Source of the DNA: a virus
IMG/VR virus record: IMGVR_UViG_3300023296_000001
Length of the DNA: 55,212 nt
Reading direction: 5' to 3' (one strand)
Part shown: piece by piece, positions 43,392 to 53,456 of the stretch
How positions within the stretch are numbered: position 1 is the stretch's first letter
Layout of the letters: the number at the start of each line of letters is the position of its first letter
Translations under genes and position numbers: made by a program
Notes under the pieces: model-generated
The model's input: the letters and a program-made list of their open reading frames with translations, nothing else
Databases searched by the model: none
What the model was told of the DNA's origin: nothing

Positions 43392-45605
43392 TTACTTAAT
43401 TTGTCCATACCTATCTCCAATTTCAGGATCAGCATTCAAAGGAACACTAAGCTTTGTTGTGTTTTCTAATACAAACTTCATAAGCTTTCCAACTTTCTCA
43501 GCAATGTCAGCATCACATCTGACAACTACTTCATCATGCACCTGCATACAAATATAAGCGTCTAAATTTTGTCTATTAAACTCTTTAGCTAAAGCAATAC
43601 AAGCCTTGTTAGTTATAGTAGCTGCCATACTTTGGATCGGAAAATTCAAGCAGTTATTTTTAAAGTTCTTATACTGCTTCCCTAAGTATTTCATCTGCTC
43701 ATACTTTTTAGGTGAATCATGGTACTTAGACCAAAGTTTTAAAGAATCTCCCAAGTCTTCCCCATGTGTATAGTGAAGTCTTTTCAAAGTTTTTAAATGC
43801 CTAACTCTACCACCTTTAGATTTAACATAACCCAAAGAAGTAGCTTGACTAGTTAAAGCCTCCATTCTAGTTTTTAATCTAGGGTAAGATATAAAGTAAT
43901 CTTTAATAATGCCTTCAGCTTCTTTTTGAGAAATGTCTAACTCTTTAGAAAGTTTAAAAGCTTGCATACCATATCTTATTCCAAGTGAGAAACTTTTAGC
44001 AGCTTGACGCATTGCAGGTTCATGTTTCTTAAGATAGTTATCAGCATTCTTATCAGCGCTGTATTGTGTTAAGTTCCAAACCTTACAAGCCACAGAACTA
44101 TAAAAATCTTCTCCACTTCTTATCATATCCAACAAAGCCGGATCACCTGAATCATCTGCAAAAACTACAACTTCCAAAGAATTGTAATCAGCTCCGACTA
44201 ATTTTTTGTTGTCTCCAGCGATTACAAAATGTCTAATCATGTTAGTGTATTTAGTAACCAACTTAGAAGCTTCTCCAGGTTCTAAAGGTCTTGGAAGCTG
44301 CATTAAGTCACCTCCCAACCTACCGCTAGTAGTCCTATGCATGTTCCAACTTGGGTATAAAATACCGTCAATTTGTTTTTCCAACATTCTGTCTATGTAA
44401 GTACTTTTTAACTTATTAAGCTTATTGTATTGTTGTAACAACTCAACCCATGGATGTTTCTTAGCCATATCTTCTAAGAAGAAATCATTAACTTGTGGTT
44501 GACCAGTAGGTGTTTTACTTAAAGGAGTTTCCTGCAACTTTTCAAAGAATATCTTTTTTAGGTGAAACTTAGAAGATAGATTAAACATGTAACCTTCTTC
44601 CTGATCTGCCCACCATTTTCGTTGAATTCTTTCTACAGTTTCTTCGTCTAAGTAATCGCCTCCTAATAGAAATGTCCTATAAACACTATCAGGAAGATTA
44701 TCAATGTTCTTACCTAGTAAGCTAAATCGACCGCCTTTAGTTAAGGGAAGGTCTAAAGATCCGTATTTACAAATGTATTGTGCAAATTCTCCAGATCGTT
44801 TAGGAGGTAGTTCTTTATTTAAAAACCACAATTCAAACTCATAAGATAAAGGCTTTATAGCTTTTTGAATACGATACTCTAAAGAAGTAATGTCTGTTAA
44901 TATCCCATCCTTAGCTTGTTCAATTGTGTTAATGTCTAAAGCAACACCTTTTAATTCCATTGGAATAGTAACGAGCTTATACAACGGCATGACTTCATCT
45001 TTGAAGTAAAAGTCAGACAGTCCTTCTTTTTCTATAATGTTTAAATAATGATCATTAATTGCATATGTTAAAATACAATCTTTAATACAATAATTACCCA
45101 TGATATCTAAATCTGCCTTAAAATATTGGTGAGTAGTGCCTCCATTAGCTTTAATAGACTCTTTCATTAAACGCTGCTCTTCTGCAGCACTATCTCCAAA
45201 TAATTTCTTACCGACATCTTTTAATCCAAAAGGTCTTTCTTCATCTGCAGTATGTTTTAACAACATTCCGTCAGACCATAAAGAGTCTATCAAATTTACA
45301 CCAAAGTAATTTAAAGTGAACCTACTATCAAAAGATCCGTTCCAGGTTATTAACTTTTTAGACTGTAAAGCCTTTAAAATAATGACGCAATCTGCATAGC
45401 CAACTCTCTCAACAAGATTATCACTTTCTGCATCATACTCCAAATGGCAAATATAAAATCCACGCGCAGCATTAGACAGACCAAATCCAATAATGTTACC
45501 GCCGCAAGTGTCCAAAGAATCAGATTCGATATCGTACGCAAGTATTTCATGATCATTTATAAACTCCAATATAAGGTTAATATCCTTACTATCTTTTATT
45601 ATCAT
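43392..45605 (-). CDS. Family A DNA polymerase with 3'-5' exonuclease domain
   Basis: Exo motifs YDIESD, WNGSFDSRF, YCIKDC. Pol motifs DYNSLEVVVFA (A), RQAAKSFSLGIRYGM (B), MQVHDEVVV (C). Confidence 0.9.
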   Translation of the reverse strand: MIIKDSKDINLILEFINDHEILAYDIESDSLDTCGGNIIGFGLSNAARGFYICHLEYDAESDNLVERVGYADCVIILKALQSKKLITWNGSFDSRFTLNYFGVNLIDSLWSDGMLLKHTADEERPFGLKDVGKKLFGDSAAEEQRLMKESIKANGGTTHQYFKADLDIMGNYCIKDCILTYAINDHYLNIIEKEGLSDFYFKDEVMPLYKLVTIPMELKGVALDINTIEQAKDGILTDITSLEYRIQKAIKPLSYEFELWFLNKELPPKRSGEFAQYICKYGSLDLPLTKGGRFSLLGKNIDNLPDSVYRTFLLGGDYLDEETVERIQRKWWADQEEGYMFNLSSKFHLKKIFFEKLQETPLSKTPTGQPQVNDFFLEDMAKKHPWVELLQQYNKLNKLKSTYIDRMLEKQIDGILYPSWNMHRTTSGRLGGDLMQLPRPLEPGEASKLVTKYTNMIRHFVIAGDNKKLVGADYNSLEVVVFADDSGDPALLDMIRSGEDFYSSVACKVWNLTQYSADKNADNYLKKHEPAMRQAAKSFSLGIRYGMQAFKLSKELDISQKEAEGIIKDYFISYPRLKTRMEALTSQATSLGYVKSKGGRVRHLKTLKRLHYTHGEDLGDSLKLWSKYHDSPKKYEQMKYLGKQYKNFKNNCLNFPIQSMAATITNKACIALAKEFNRQNLDAYICMQVHDEVVVRCDADIAEKVGKLMKFVLENTTKLSVPLNADPEIGDRYGQIK

Positions 45606-45654
45606 AATAGTTCCTAAGAGAAGCGCCGATATTGCACCGACGCTTCTGAGTTAT

Positions 45655-45999
45655 TTAAGCAATCAAAACATCAAAATTATGAGCTTCTTTACCTTTCATT
45701 TTTCCCTTAGTGATTTCCTTTTTACCGTCATAACTGACCTGGCAAAAATCACCTGGGCTTACTGACTTCATTCTAAAGCCTAGATTACCTGCCCCATTAA
45801 TCACTATAGTAGTTCCGTCTTCTTTTTCAAACTTGAAATCTAGCTTAGTTTCATCGTAATGGTTTGGTAATGTTTCTAAAAACGTACCTTCTAAAATTAC
45901 ACCTTTAAAATCGTCTTCTGCCAATTTACTTGGTCTTACAAATTCGATCCCTGCTCCTGATTCTCCGCCTGGTCTTTTAAATTCTCTTTTTGCTGTCAT
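45655..45999 (-). CDS. Hypothetical protein (114 aa; possible DNA-binding protein by position)
   Basis: ORF between the polymerase and the nuclease genes. Confidence 0.3.
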   Translation of the reverse strand: MTAKREFKRPGGESGAGIEFVRPSKLAEDDFKGVILEGTFLETLPNHYDETKLDFKFEKEDGTTIVINGAGNLGFRMKSVSPGDFCQVSYDGKKEITKGKMKGKEAHNFDVLIA

Positions 46000-46023
46000 A
46001 GCATTCCTTTGGTAGTGTCAGAT

Positions 46024-46170
46024 TTAATTATCCGACTTGTTATCGTATTCTTTTGATAGTTCATCTAAGTAGTTTTCATATTCTAATCTGTCTGATTCTT
46101 TTTGAGCTTCTATGTTAGATAACTTCTCTTGTAGTCTTTGTACTTCTTGCCTTAAAATTGCTTCTTGCAT
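46024..46170 (-). CDS. Small coiled-coil ORF (48 aa, MQEAILRQEVQRLQEKL...)
   Basis: Below the cutoff. Starts 1 nt after the upstream stop. Confidence 0.4.
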   Translation of the reverse strand: MQEAILRQEVQRLQEKLSNIEAQKESDRLEYENYLDELSKEYDNKSDN

Positions 46171-46171
46171 G

Positions 46172-46507
46172 TTACTTCTCCTTTAAATCTTTATATAGTA
46201 AAAATGATATATTAGCTAAAGCATGTTTTAAATGATGCAACCCACTTTCATCATCCAGCTTCTCACCTTTACGCCAAGCATTAATATGTCTAAACAACGC
46301 AGCTTCATATTTATAAGCTTCAACGTATTTCCAGTTATCGTCGTCATATTTATTAGCACCATATGTTATCACTTCTGCTAATCCTTCATGAGTCTCTACT
46401 GGCACTAAGTCATACCGTAGCTTATCACTATCATACTTTCTTCCTTTTTCAACCACGTTAGTCCCTCCTACGTTTTTCCACATGATACTCTCCTGTATTC
46501 TGGTCAT
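46172..46507 (-). CDS. MazG-like / dATP-dGTP pyrophosphohydrolase-type all-alpha NTP pyrophosphatase
   Basis: KYDSDKLRYDLVP...YGANKYDDDNW...ALFRHINAWRKGEKLDDESGLHHLKHALANISFL, recognised from memory of the family consensus. Confidence 0.55.
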   Translation of the reverse strand: MTRIQESIMWKNVGGTNVVEKGRKYDSDKLRYDLVPVETHEGLAEVITYGANKYDDDNWKYVEAYKYEAALFRHINAWRKGEKLDDESGLHHLKHALANISFLLYKDLKEK

Positions 46508-46697
46508 AGCTATCTTCTAGTTCATCATTATACATTAAATCTTCTAATCTTAAAACTTCTTTATATGTTGAATTCATCATTTTCTTAACAGCTTCATCCC
46601 GATACAGCGCTTTATAAGGATCATCGTATAAGCGCTTATAAAAGTTTAACATATCTCTTAAGTCTTCTAATCTACTACTACACCTATCGACCGTCAT
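46458..46697 (-). CDS. Hypothetical protein (79 aa)
   Basis: ORF coupled to 46697-47512. Confidence 0.5.
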   Translation of the reverse strand: MTVDRCSSRLEDLRDMLNFYKRLYDDPYKALYRDEAVKKMMNSTYKEVLRLEDLMYNDELEDSYDQNTGEYHVEKRRRD

Positions 46698-47512
46698 TAA
46701 ATCTCCTTTATTAAATAGTCAGTCTCAATTATATCACATACTTTCTCTTCTGTCAACCAGTTTCCGGTTTTAAGACAATTATTATACAACTTAAGCGCTT
46801 CTAACACTTTAATCCTACCGCCGTGCATGCTCTTCTGTCCTAGCTTATACACTTCACACTTCTTGTCAGTCTTACCAAGCACTACAAAATAAAAATCAAA
46901 CGGCTTACCGTAGTGGGCTTCAAATAACATACAATATAAAGCAGCACTAAGCTGATACATATATTGGTCACAAGTATAAGTAAAACTATCTACGTCAGTT
47001 GGATGGGCAGTTGTCTTTACGTCTGCGATATAACCTTTATCTAGGTTTATATAATCCGCTCTAGCTTTTAACTTAACACCTTGAAGCGTAGTAGCTACAG
47101 AGTATTCGGATTCACCACCAGATAAGATTTCCATCGCTGCAGGTAAATCTTTTGCTGTCTGCGTCCAAGCTTCAACTCTCTTACGTTGAGGAGTAGACAA
47201 TATGATATAGTCTGAGTTTTTTTCTTTAAAAGCTATCCAGTCTTTTCCTGCCTTACGCCATCCATCGAAAAACCTAAACTCGTTCTTAATCTCCTCCGGC
47301 TCTAATAATATAGAGTGAGCATACGTACCTTCATCAAAAGCATTACTACTTTTACGTTCAGGTTTTTCTAAAAGTATATACTCCTTATAAAAAGCGTCTA
47401 AATCTTTAAGTAGTGTTTTTAAACTACTAGAACTTAAATAACTCTTATCCTCATGGTACTGAGAATTAGTACAGTGATTAATCCCTTCTTTCAGCTTGAA
47501 CTTCGTATTCAT
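46697..47512 (-). CDS. PD-(D/E)XK (RecB/Cas4-like) exonuclease
   Basis: ARADYINLDKGYIADVKTT core (D ... D-V-K). Lies in the replication module. Confidence 0.6.
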   Translation of the reverse strand: MNTKFKLKEGINHCTNSQYHEDKSYLSSSSLKTLLKDLDAFYKEYILLEKPERKSSNAFDEGTYAHSILLEPEEIKNEFRFFDGWRKAGKDWIAFKEKNSDYIILSTPQRKRVEAWTQTAKDLPAAMEILSGGESEYSVATTLQGVKLKARADYINLDKGYIADVKTTAHPTDVDSFTYTCDQYMYQLSAALYCMLFEAHYGKPFDFYFVVLGKTDKKCEVYKLGQKSMHGGRIKVLEALKLYNNCLKTGNWLTEEKVCDIIETDYLIKEI

Positions 47513-47631
47513 TTTTGAACTCCTCTTTGTTTAAGTTATGTTGATCTTCGTAACACTTATTGCATAAGAATATATGCGGCTGTATATAAACCTTTAAGCA
47601 ATACAATTCCTCCTTATTTTTTTCACACTTT

Positions 47632-48258
47632 TCACACTTCAAAATAAACCTCCATTTTATTATTTTTAGAACAGTTTAAAGACTCTTCTAATATTTGCAA
47701 ATTTTGCCAGACGTGCAAACCGCATACATTCTCTCCTTGTAAAGGAATGATATGGTCAACATGATACTTTAAACCCGTAACTGTCCCTAACCATTGAGCT
47801 TTTTCATATACTATTTTTATCTTATCTAACTCACTCCATTCAGGAGTTGCTTGTAGTTTTTTTGCATTTCTTCTCGCCTCCGATGCGTTCTTAATACCTC
47901 TATTATTTTCACGCCATTTTTTACTTATCAAGGCTATTTTTTCTTTATTATTTTCACGATATTTCCTTTCCTTTACAGATATTTCCTTTTGATTATCTTT
48001 ATAGTATTTTCTTTTTCCAGCAAGTACTTTTTCTCTATTAGCTACTCTATATTTTTTATTTTTTAAAAGTATTTCTTCTTTATTATCCTCATAATGTCTT
48101 TTTTTAACAATATTTATTTTCTCCTTATTCTTTTTTTTATATTCTTTATTATACTTTTTAATACAAAGTGAGCAATTATAATCTAGCTTTTTCTCTCTAT
48201 GCTTAGTCCAATTCTCACCAACTACAAGATTATCTGAACATTTATTACAGTTTCTCAT
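47632..48258 (-). mobile_element. HNH homing endonuclease ORF (copy 3 of 3)
   Basis: CNKCS...CSLC. RRNAKKLQATPEWSEL...HVDHIIPLQGENVCGLHVWQNLQIL...NCSKNNK. Lies between the helicase and the exonuclease. Confidence 0.8.
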
Positions 48259-49595
48259 GCTGCATTACCTATTTTAATTATCCAAGTTTGAGTACCTTTA
48301 ATATTAACCCTAGACACTTTAAAGGATTTAGGATATTTTTTACTTAAACTCTTAAACCGCTCTCTACCAACACGAGTATTATATCCAAAGTATTCTTTAA
48401 TAATCTCCCCTGCTTCAAATATTTCCATTTGCTTACCTGGATTATCCTTGCAAAATTTAAAAACAAAATACTCCTCCCACTCTTTCAACGACGATGCTCT
48501 AACTTCTTCAGTTCTTTCAGATATAAACACTTGTGACATTTCTTCGGCTTTGGTTTCATAGTTCCATAAAAAACCTGCTAACTGTTCAATGTTTTCATCT
48601 AAGAACAGATCTTTAATTTGAGAATCGTTTAAAATCTTAGTAAGTTTTATATCTGTTAATTCTAAAATACTAAATCTTCTATCATCAGCAGTTAGACTTA
48701 TAGAGTCCATATTATTAGAAGAGATATAAAAACTTGCATAATTATGTATCTCTCTAGCGTCAATTCCTTTTTTCTCTATTTCAATAAAATCATTAACAAC
48801 TAATTTAAGCTTATCCTCTTCTTCTTTATTTTTAATATAAATCTCATCACAATAGACTAGTCTCCTGTCTGCAATTTGAGAGTTAAATGTTCCTTTAAAA
48901 ACTCTATCTGAACCTGCATAAAAATTATCAGTTCCGAATAAACGCCTCATTACCTCTCCAAGCACTCCTTTACCCACGCCAGGAGCGCCAATTGTAGTTA
49001 GTATACAATAATTTCTACCCGATAGTCCATGAGATAGCCATTTTATAAGATACTCATAAGACGGTTTATCATTATTTACCAAGTGCTTAAAGAACTTATC
49101 GTACATAACTGGCAAAGCTTTAGCAGTTACTTCATTTTCGCCTTTTGAGTAAAAATGATCTTCCTGCCAAAACGGAGGCTTGTAAGTATTAAAACTATGA
49201 GTACCGTCAATGTTCTTAATTAATAATCCAGAATCATATGGTCTGTAATCATACTCAGCTACATATATCTTAGAATGAACATCATACTTTGGATCGAACA
49301 GTTTTAATAATCTATCCTTATGAATCTTCCCAATGTTTCTATTTATATAATCAAGTATTTTAATCTGGTTCTCTTCTCCTTGCTGATCAGTTACAAGATC
49401 TGATCTTACTATTTTCTGAATCAACCCATAATTAGGACACTCTTCAATTACATCCATTACGATGTATTTCATGTTGTCTTTGTGTTTCTTAAACGCTTCG
49501 TCACGTTCCATCATTCCTAATATTTGCTTCTCACCAAGACCAAATTTAATAAGTTTATTAATATGTTTCTTAACTCCTTCTATTCTTTCAGACAT
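48255..49595 (-). CDS. SF3 (D5/P4-type) replicative helicase
   Basis: Walker A GAPGVGKG, Walker B LVYCDEI, motif C FYISSNN. Confidence 0.75.
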   Translation of the reverse strand: MSERIEGVKKHINKLIKFGLGEKQILGMMERDEAFKKHKDNMKYIVMDVIEECPNYGLIQKIVRSDLVTDQQGEENQIKILDYINRNIGKIHKDRLLKLFDPKYDVHSKIYVAEYDYRPYDSGLLIKNIDGTHSFNTYKPPFWQEDHFYSKGENEVTAKALPVMYDKFFKHLVNNDKPSYEYLIKWLSHGLSGRNYCILTTIGAPGVGKGVLGEVMRRLFGTDNFYAGSDRVFKGTFNSQIADRRLVYCDEIYIKNKEEEDKLKLVVNDFIEIEKKGIDAREIHNYASFYISSNNMDSISLTADDRRFSILELTDIKLTKILNDSQIKDLFLDENIEQLAGFLWNYETKAEEMSQVFISERTEEVRASSLKEWEEYFVFKFCKDNPGKQMEIFEAGEIIKEYFGYNTRVGRERFKSLSKKYPKSFKVSRVNIKGTQTWIIKIGNAA

Positions 49596-50500
49596 TAACC
49601 CCTCCTTTTGGCTTTATAAGCGTGATCAACTGCGACTTCCAATTTATGCGCAGGATAACCATGATCTAATAATACCTCAAAAGTTCTCTGACTTAAAACT
49701 TCTAAAAAAGTTTCCTTATCTATACCAGTTTCATCAATTGCCCATAAAGTAATTCTGTATAGTTCAGGATACAAACCTGCTGAGTCTGCCCAGTCTACAT
49801 ATCTAAGCTTATTTTTCAAACCCGAACTTGCATACCTCCAAAAATCTGCAGCAGTTTCAACGCCGTCTACAAGCTCTACAGTCTCAATAGCTACATGCGG
49901 AGATACTTCAGGGCAGTTACTTAATAGCTCTTCAAACTCAAGCTTTTTTATCCTAGGTAAAATCTGTATAACAGCTTGTAAGTTCCCATTATCCCGTGTA
50001 AACATTGGAAACCTGCTTAATCTACTAGGATTTTTAGAAGAAGTGTCAATAACTTTTACACCAGCGTAATCGTCCACATAAGCCGCTATGCGCTGCCAAA
50101 TTGCTTTATACGACTGAACACCTGCAAAGCTATGATGCTCAGCTTCTAACGGCTCCTCAAGGCTCAGTATGGCGTGATAAGACTTACCGCCAGAGTATAC
50201 AATCGTAGTCCACTCAATTCCACACCCTTTGAGGATTCTAATTTGATCCACCAAACTTACCGTATCCATTTCAAACATAAAATTCCGAAACTTACTAACA
50301 TTAAAATCAGCTCTTCTGGGAATATCATAATCTCTTCCTTCCTTTTGAAGATACCCGTGATCATGTTGAGTATCTAATGGGTTAATGCAGAAATACTCAT
50401 GCTTCTCTTTTGGAGGAAGCGCTAATACTTCATTAGCATATCTATTACCATAACATGTTTTCTCGTCTTTGTCAAACAAAATGTCCCAAAAGCTGTCCAT
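49595..50500 (-). CDS. Archaeo-eukaryotic-type primase (primase-polymerase-like)
   Basis: FMFEMD (acidic motif I), SGGKSYHAI (motif II), DTSSKNPSRLSRFP (motif III). Confidence 0.65.
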   Translation of the reverse strand: MDSFWDILFDKDEKTCYGNRYANEVLALPPKEKHEYFCINPLDTQHDHGYLQKEGRDYDIPRRADFNVSKFRNFMFEMDTVSLVDQIRILKGCGIEWTTIVYSGGKSYHAILSLEEPLEAEHHSFAGVQSYKAIWQRIAAYVDDYAGVKVIDTSSKNPSRLSRFPMFTRDNGNLQAVIQILPRIKKLEFEELLSNCPEVSPHVAIETVELVDGVETAADFWRYASSGLKNKLRYVDWADSAGLYPELYRITLWAIDETGIDKETFLEVLSQRTFEVLLDHGYPAHKLEVAVDHAYKAKRRG

Positions 50501-50709
50501 TATAGTCCTTTTCTGTACATGTACAGGTGCTTAGACAGGGATAAGTCTATGATATTGTTCAGAAGACATGAAGTACAGGCTTTTCCCAAATTGCCACCGT
50601 AGCATATAATATATTTTCCCTCTATATATATGCATCCCAATTCGTCTCTTTTACTCACATTCATATTTTTTTCTCCATTTATAAGCTTATTAAGCTTCTC
50701 CAGCGTCAA
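50500..50709 (-). CDS. Hypothetical Cys-containing protein (69 aa)
   Basis: ORF coupled to the primase gene. Confidence 0.45.
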   Translation of the reverse strand: MTLEKLNKLINGEKNMNVSKRDELGCIYIEGKYIICYGGNLGKACTSCLLNNIIDLSLSKHLYMYRKGL

Positions 50710-50914
50710 TATCCGTTTTAACCTGTACTTCTGACTTCTTCTTTAATTCTACATACTTACGACAATAATGACCCTGTCTTACGTCTGTACTAGACAGATT
50801 ACCATATTTAATATATGCTAACCCATTGATATCATAGGGACAATAATTATTCCCACACTTAATTGTACAGAACGGACAACCATTACTTAATACGTTCGAT
50901 TTTGGTGTATCCAT
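50690..50914 (-). CDS. Cys-rich protein (74 aa)
   Basis: CPFCTIKCGNNYCPY. Confidence 0.45.
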   Translation of the reverse strand: MDTPKSNVLSNGCPFCTIKCGNNYCPYDINGLAYIKYGNLSSTDVRQGHYCRKYVELKKKSEVQVKTDIDAGEA

Positions 50915-51113
50915 AAAACTCCCTAATAGCAGCTGCCTTTTCCACGATCAACCAATCATCAGGATCAATCTCTTCCATATACCAAAGACATACCATAATA
51001 ATCGGAATGCCTATAGTTGCAGATATCATGTTAATACCTTCAGCGCCGTCTTTGTGTAAAGTCTTAAGCACCAGTTCTTTACTTCCAATATAATCCGATT
51101 CTTTAACTACCAT
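50883..51113 (-). CDS. Hypothetical protein (76 aa)
   Basis: ORF only. Confidence 0.45.
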   Translation of the reverse strand: MVVKESDYIGSKELVLKTLHKDGAEGINMISATIGIPIIMVCLWYMEEIDPDDWLIVEKAAAIREFYGYTKIERIK

Positions 51114-51348
51114 CTGAATTCCTACCCATTAGTTCATCTACTGCATTCTTACTCTTCTCAGCGTCAAAAGCGTCACTAGCGTCCTTAATAAACTTAGCAT
51201 CTCTAAACGCTTTCGCTACAGCATGAACCAGCTGATAAAACATACACGCTCCAAACGCATAAGCCCAAAACGGATTCACACTTCCTAAGCAATAAGTTAT
51301 AAACGCAAACGTGCTAATCTCAAAGATAATCATAAATAATTTAAACAT
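51103..51348 (-). CDS. Small membrane protein (81 aa, two TM helices)
   Basis: MFKLFMIIFEISTFAFITYCLG...WAYAFGACMFYQLV. Confidence 0.5.
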   Translation of the reverse strand: MFKLFMIIFEISTFAFITYCLGSVNPFWAYAFGACMFYQLVHAVAKAFRDAKFIKDASDAFDAEKSKNAVDELMGRNSDGS

Positions 51349-51349
51349 G

Positions 51350-51577
51350 CTACTCTCCTTCTTGTAATTTAGATTTTAGTCTCTTTAAGTTCCGAGTCAA
51401 CTGTGTCATGCTAATCTTCATTGCCTGCAACAATAACATTCTCCTACTTTCATCGTCCAAGCCTATTAGTTGTTTTGACAACTGCGTCTGAAACTCAAGA
51501 AGCGTCGGATTCTCCTCTAGCACCTTATCAATTTCATTCTGTGCATTTTTAATTATTTCATGTTGGTATTCATTCAT
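51350..51577 (-). CDS. Hypothetical helical protein (75 aa)
   Basis: ORF only. Confidence 0.45.
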   Translation of the reverse strand: MNEYQHEIIKNAQNEIDKVLEENPTLLEFQTQLSKQLIGLDDESRRMLLLQAMKISMTQLTRNLKRLKSKLQEGE

Positions 51578-51768
51578 GACATATCTCCTAGTAGTTTTTT
51601 CGCCTTAATCATATAATCATAGTTTTTATTTTCACCATGAATATTTAACACTCTTTCGTAAATAAACTCAAAATGTTTTTTAAACTCATCAAGTTCCTGC
51701 TCCGTCTCACATAATTTCATTTCCAATTTAGCATACTGTGCTATAAAATTATCATCTACTTTACTCAT
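51574..51768 (-). CDS. Hypothetical protein (64 aa)
   Basis: ORF with ATGA couplings. Confidence 0.45.
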   Translation of the reverse strand: MSKVDDNFIAQYAKLEMKLCETEQELDEFKKHFEFIYERVLNIHGENKNYDYMIKAKKLLGDMS

Positions 51769-52562
51769 CCTTGCATCCTTTCTTGAACTTCAGCAGCCAA
51801 CACATGTATTGGATGTTTATTTGCCTTAAAATACAACTGATGAAGCGCCACTACCCAATCAGTTCCAAACCTTTCAACCATTTTTTTAGTATAATAATTC
51901 TCAGCCATGCTAACCGTTCTACTACTATAACCTGCCAATCTAAAAGTGAGGAATTTGTAGAATAACATCAGCTCTCCATCTACTCTAACACCTTTTGATC
52001 TTGATGTCAAGAAAGTACTTGCAAGGAACCAAACTTTCTCAAGCGTCGATGGCGCATACAACTCCGAACACGATTTATAAAAGTAAGTATCTCTTGGCTG
52101 TCTCATATATCTCATGTTAAACTTATACGGCTCCGAATCATCGTAGCAGTATTTATTTTGCTTCCCATAATCTACTACATCATCTATTAAGTCCTTTCTC
52201 ATGATGTAAATAGATTGCATGATGATTCCATTATACTCATCATGACTTACAGTATTAAACTCCCCATGTTGGGGATGATTTTTAGGATACCCATTCAAGC
52301 CTACACTCTGCCTACCATATAAACCTTCCACCACCATCGCTTCTTGCATGTTAACATCTAGTTGATACATAAACTGCTCATCATACACGCCTAAAGTTGC
52401 CATTAAAGTCGCAAACATTCCTGTAAACAAATGCGGATTCTCATTGTCGTAGCCTTTTAGTTTTGATGCTAATCTCGGCATTAGTGACAACCGCATATAC
52501 TCGTCACTATAATAGTCAAAATAATCCTTAACTGCCTGCTCGGCTTCTTTAGATAAAAACAT
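51765..52562 (-). CDS. Hypothetical protein (265 aa)
   Basis: Long ORF. No motif recognised. Confidence 0.55.
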   Translation of the reverse strand: MFLSKEAEQAVKDYFDYYSDEYMRLSLMPRLASKLKGYDNENPHLFTGMFATLMATLGVYDEQFMYQLDVNMQEAMVVEGLYGRQSVGLNGYPKNHPQHGEFNTVSHDEYNGIIMQSIYIMRKDLIDDVVDYGKQNKYCYDDSEPYKFNMRYMRQPRDTYFYKSCSELYAPSTLEKVWFLASTFLTSRSKGVRVDGELMLFYKFLTFRLAGYSSRTVSMAENYYTKKMVERFGTDWVVALHQLYFKANKHPIHVLAAEVQERMQG

Positions 52563-52563
52563 G

Positions 52564-52740
52564 TTACTCCTTTGGTGGATCCAACCTACCTAATAATTTC
52601 TTTAGTTTAAAATCTACTACATATATTTTACACTTATCACTTGTACGCCTCAAATTCTGCAACATTTCATTCACCTGTAATAGTTTATCCAGTTTCCACT
52701 TAAGCATTCCATCTGGTAAATTTTTTGTCTTTTTCGTCAT
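52564..52740 (-). CDS. Hypothetical protein (58 aa from ATG 52740; a 104-aa form from ATG 52878 is possible)
   Basis: GCGGAGATTAACATG start context, with a promoter-like element about 30 nt upstream. Confidence 0.45.
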   Translation of the reverse strand: MTKKTKNLPDGMLKWKLDKLLQVNEMLQNLRRTSDKCKIYVVDFKLKKLLGRLDPPKE

Positions 52741-52771
52741 GTTAATCTCCGCGCCACTAATGCCTTCTAAC

Positions 52772-52800
52772 ATTGTATCATAGCTCTTATAACTTGTCAA
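52772..52800 (-). promoter_or_regulatory. Candidate sigma70-type promoter TTGACA-N17-TACAAT
   Basis: -35 at 52800-52795, -10 at 52777-52772. Confidence 0.5.
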
Positions 52801-52874
52801 GCGTAAAACCCAACATATATTATTAATAATAAACCAAAACGGTATCAAAATAAAACACGCTAATCTAAGTAACA

Positions 52875-53456
52875 TCATTTCTTCCCACCCCGAACCTTCG
52901 CTAATGTTTCTTTTGCACATTTGGACATAATATCTTTGGTATTTATTTCTACTATGCATGCGTTATTGTCTTCTAATATTTCTATGTCGTAATTTTCTAT
53001 ATCTGCATAAAACTCCAAAGCCTCGACACAAACCGCAAGTTCGGCTTCCTGCTTTTTTAGATATTTTATTAAATCGCTATGAGATTTTGGTGAGCAGTAT
53101 ATATGATCGCTTGGGCACATACATTCTATTATATAGATTTTGTCGTTGGTGTAGTCTTTGCCCATAGAACCCCACTCCGATTGCTCACTCATCTTTGCCC
53201 CCGATACATGCATAAACTGCATTTGTTTATATTCATCTTGAACCTCTTCAGTAAAAGTATCTTCATCCCAAGAGATCCCCACGTCATCTTCATCATGAAC
53301 ACTCATTGTGCCTGTTGCTGGACATGATTTACATTTAATAGGATCACCATCCCATACCCAACCTTCTTTCGCTTCCGAGTCGGTGTAAACTTCTATCCTT
53401 GAGTAACCACAACAAGCACATTCATCAGGGTATTTTCTCCATATTTTCTTTTCCAT
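52875..53456 (-). CDS. Zinc-ribbon protein (193 aa)
   Basis: CACCGYS...CKSCPATG. The C-terminal LAVCVEAL block is shared with 543-860. Confidence 0.55.
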   Translation of the reverse strand: MEKKIWRKYPDECACCGYSRIEVYTDSEAKEGWVWDGDPIKCKSCPATGTMSVHDEDDVGISWDEDTFTEEVQDEYKQMQFMHVSGAKMSEQSEWGSMGKDYTNDKIYIIECMCPSDHIYCSPKSHSDLIKYLKKQEAELAVCVEALEFYADIENYDIEILEDNNACIVEINTKDIMSKCAKETLAKVRGGKK

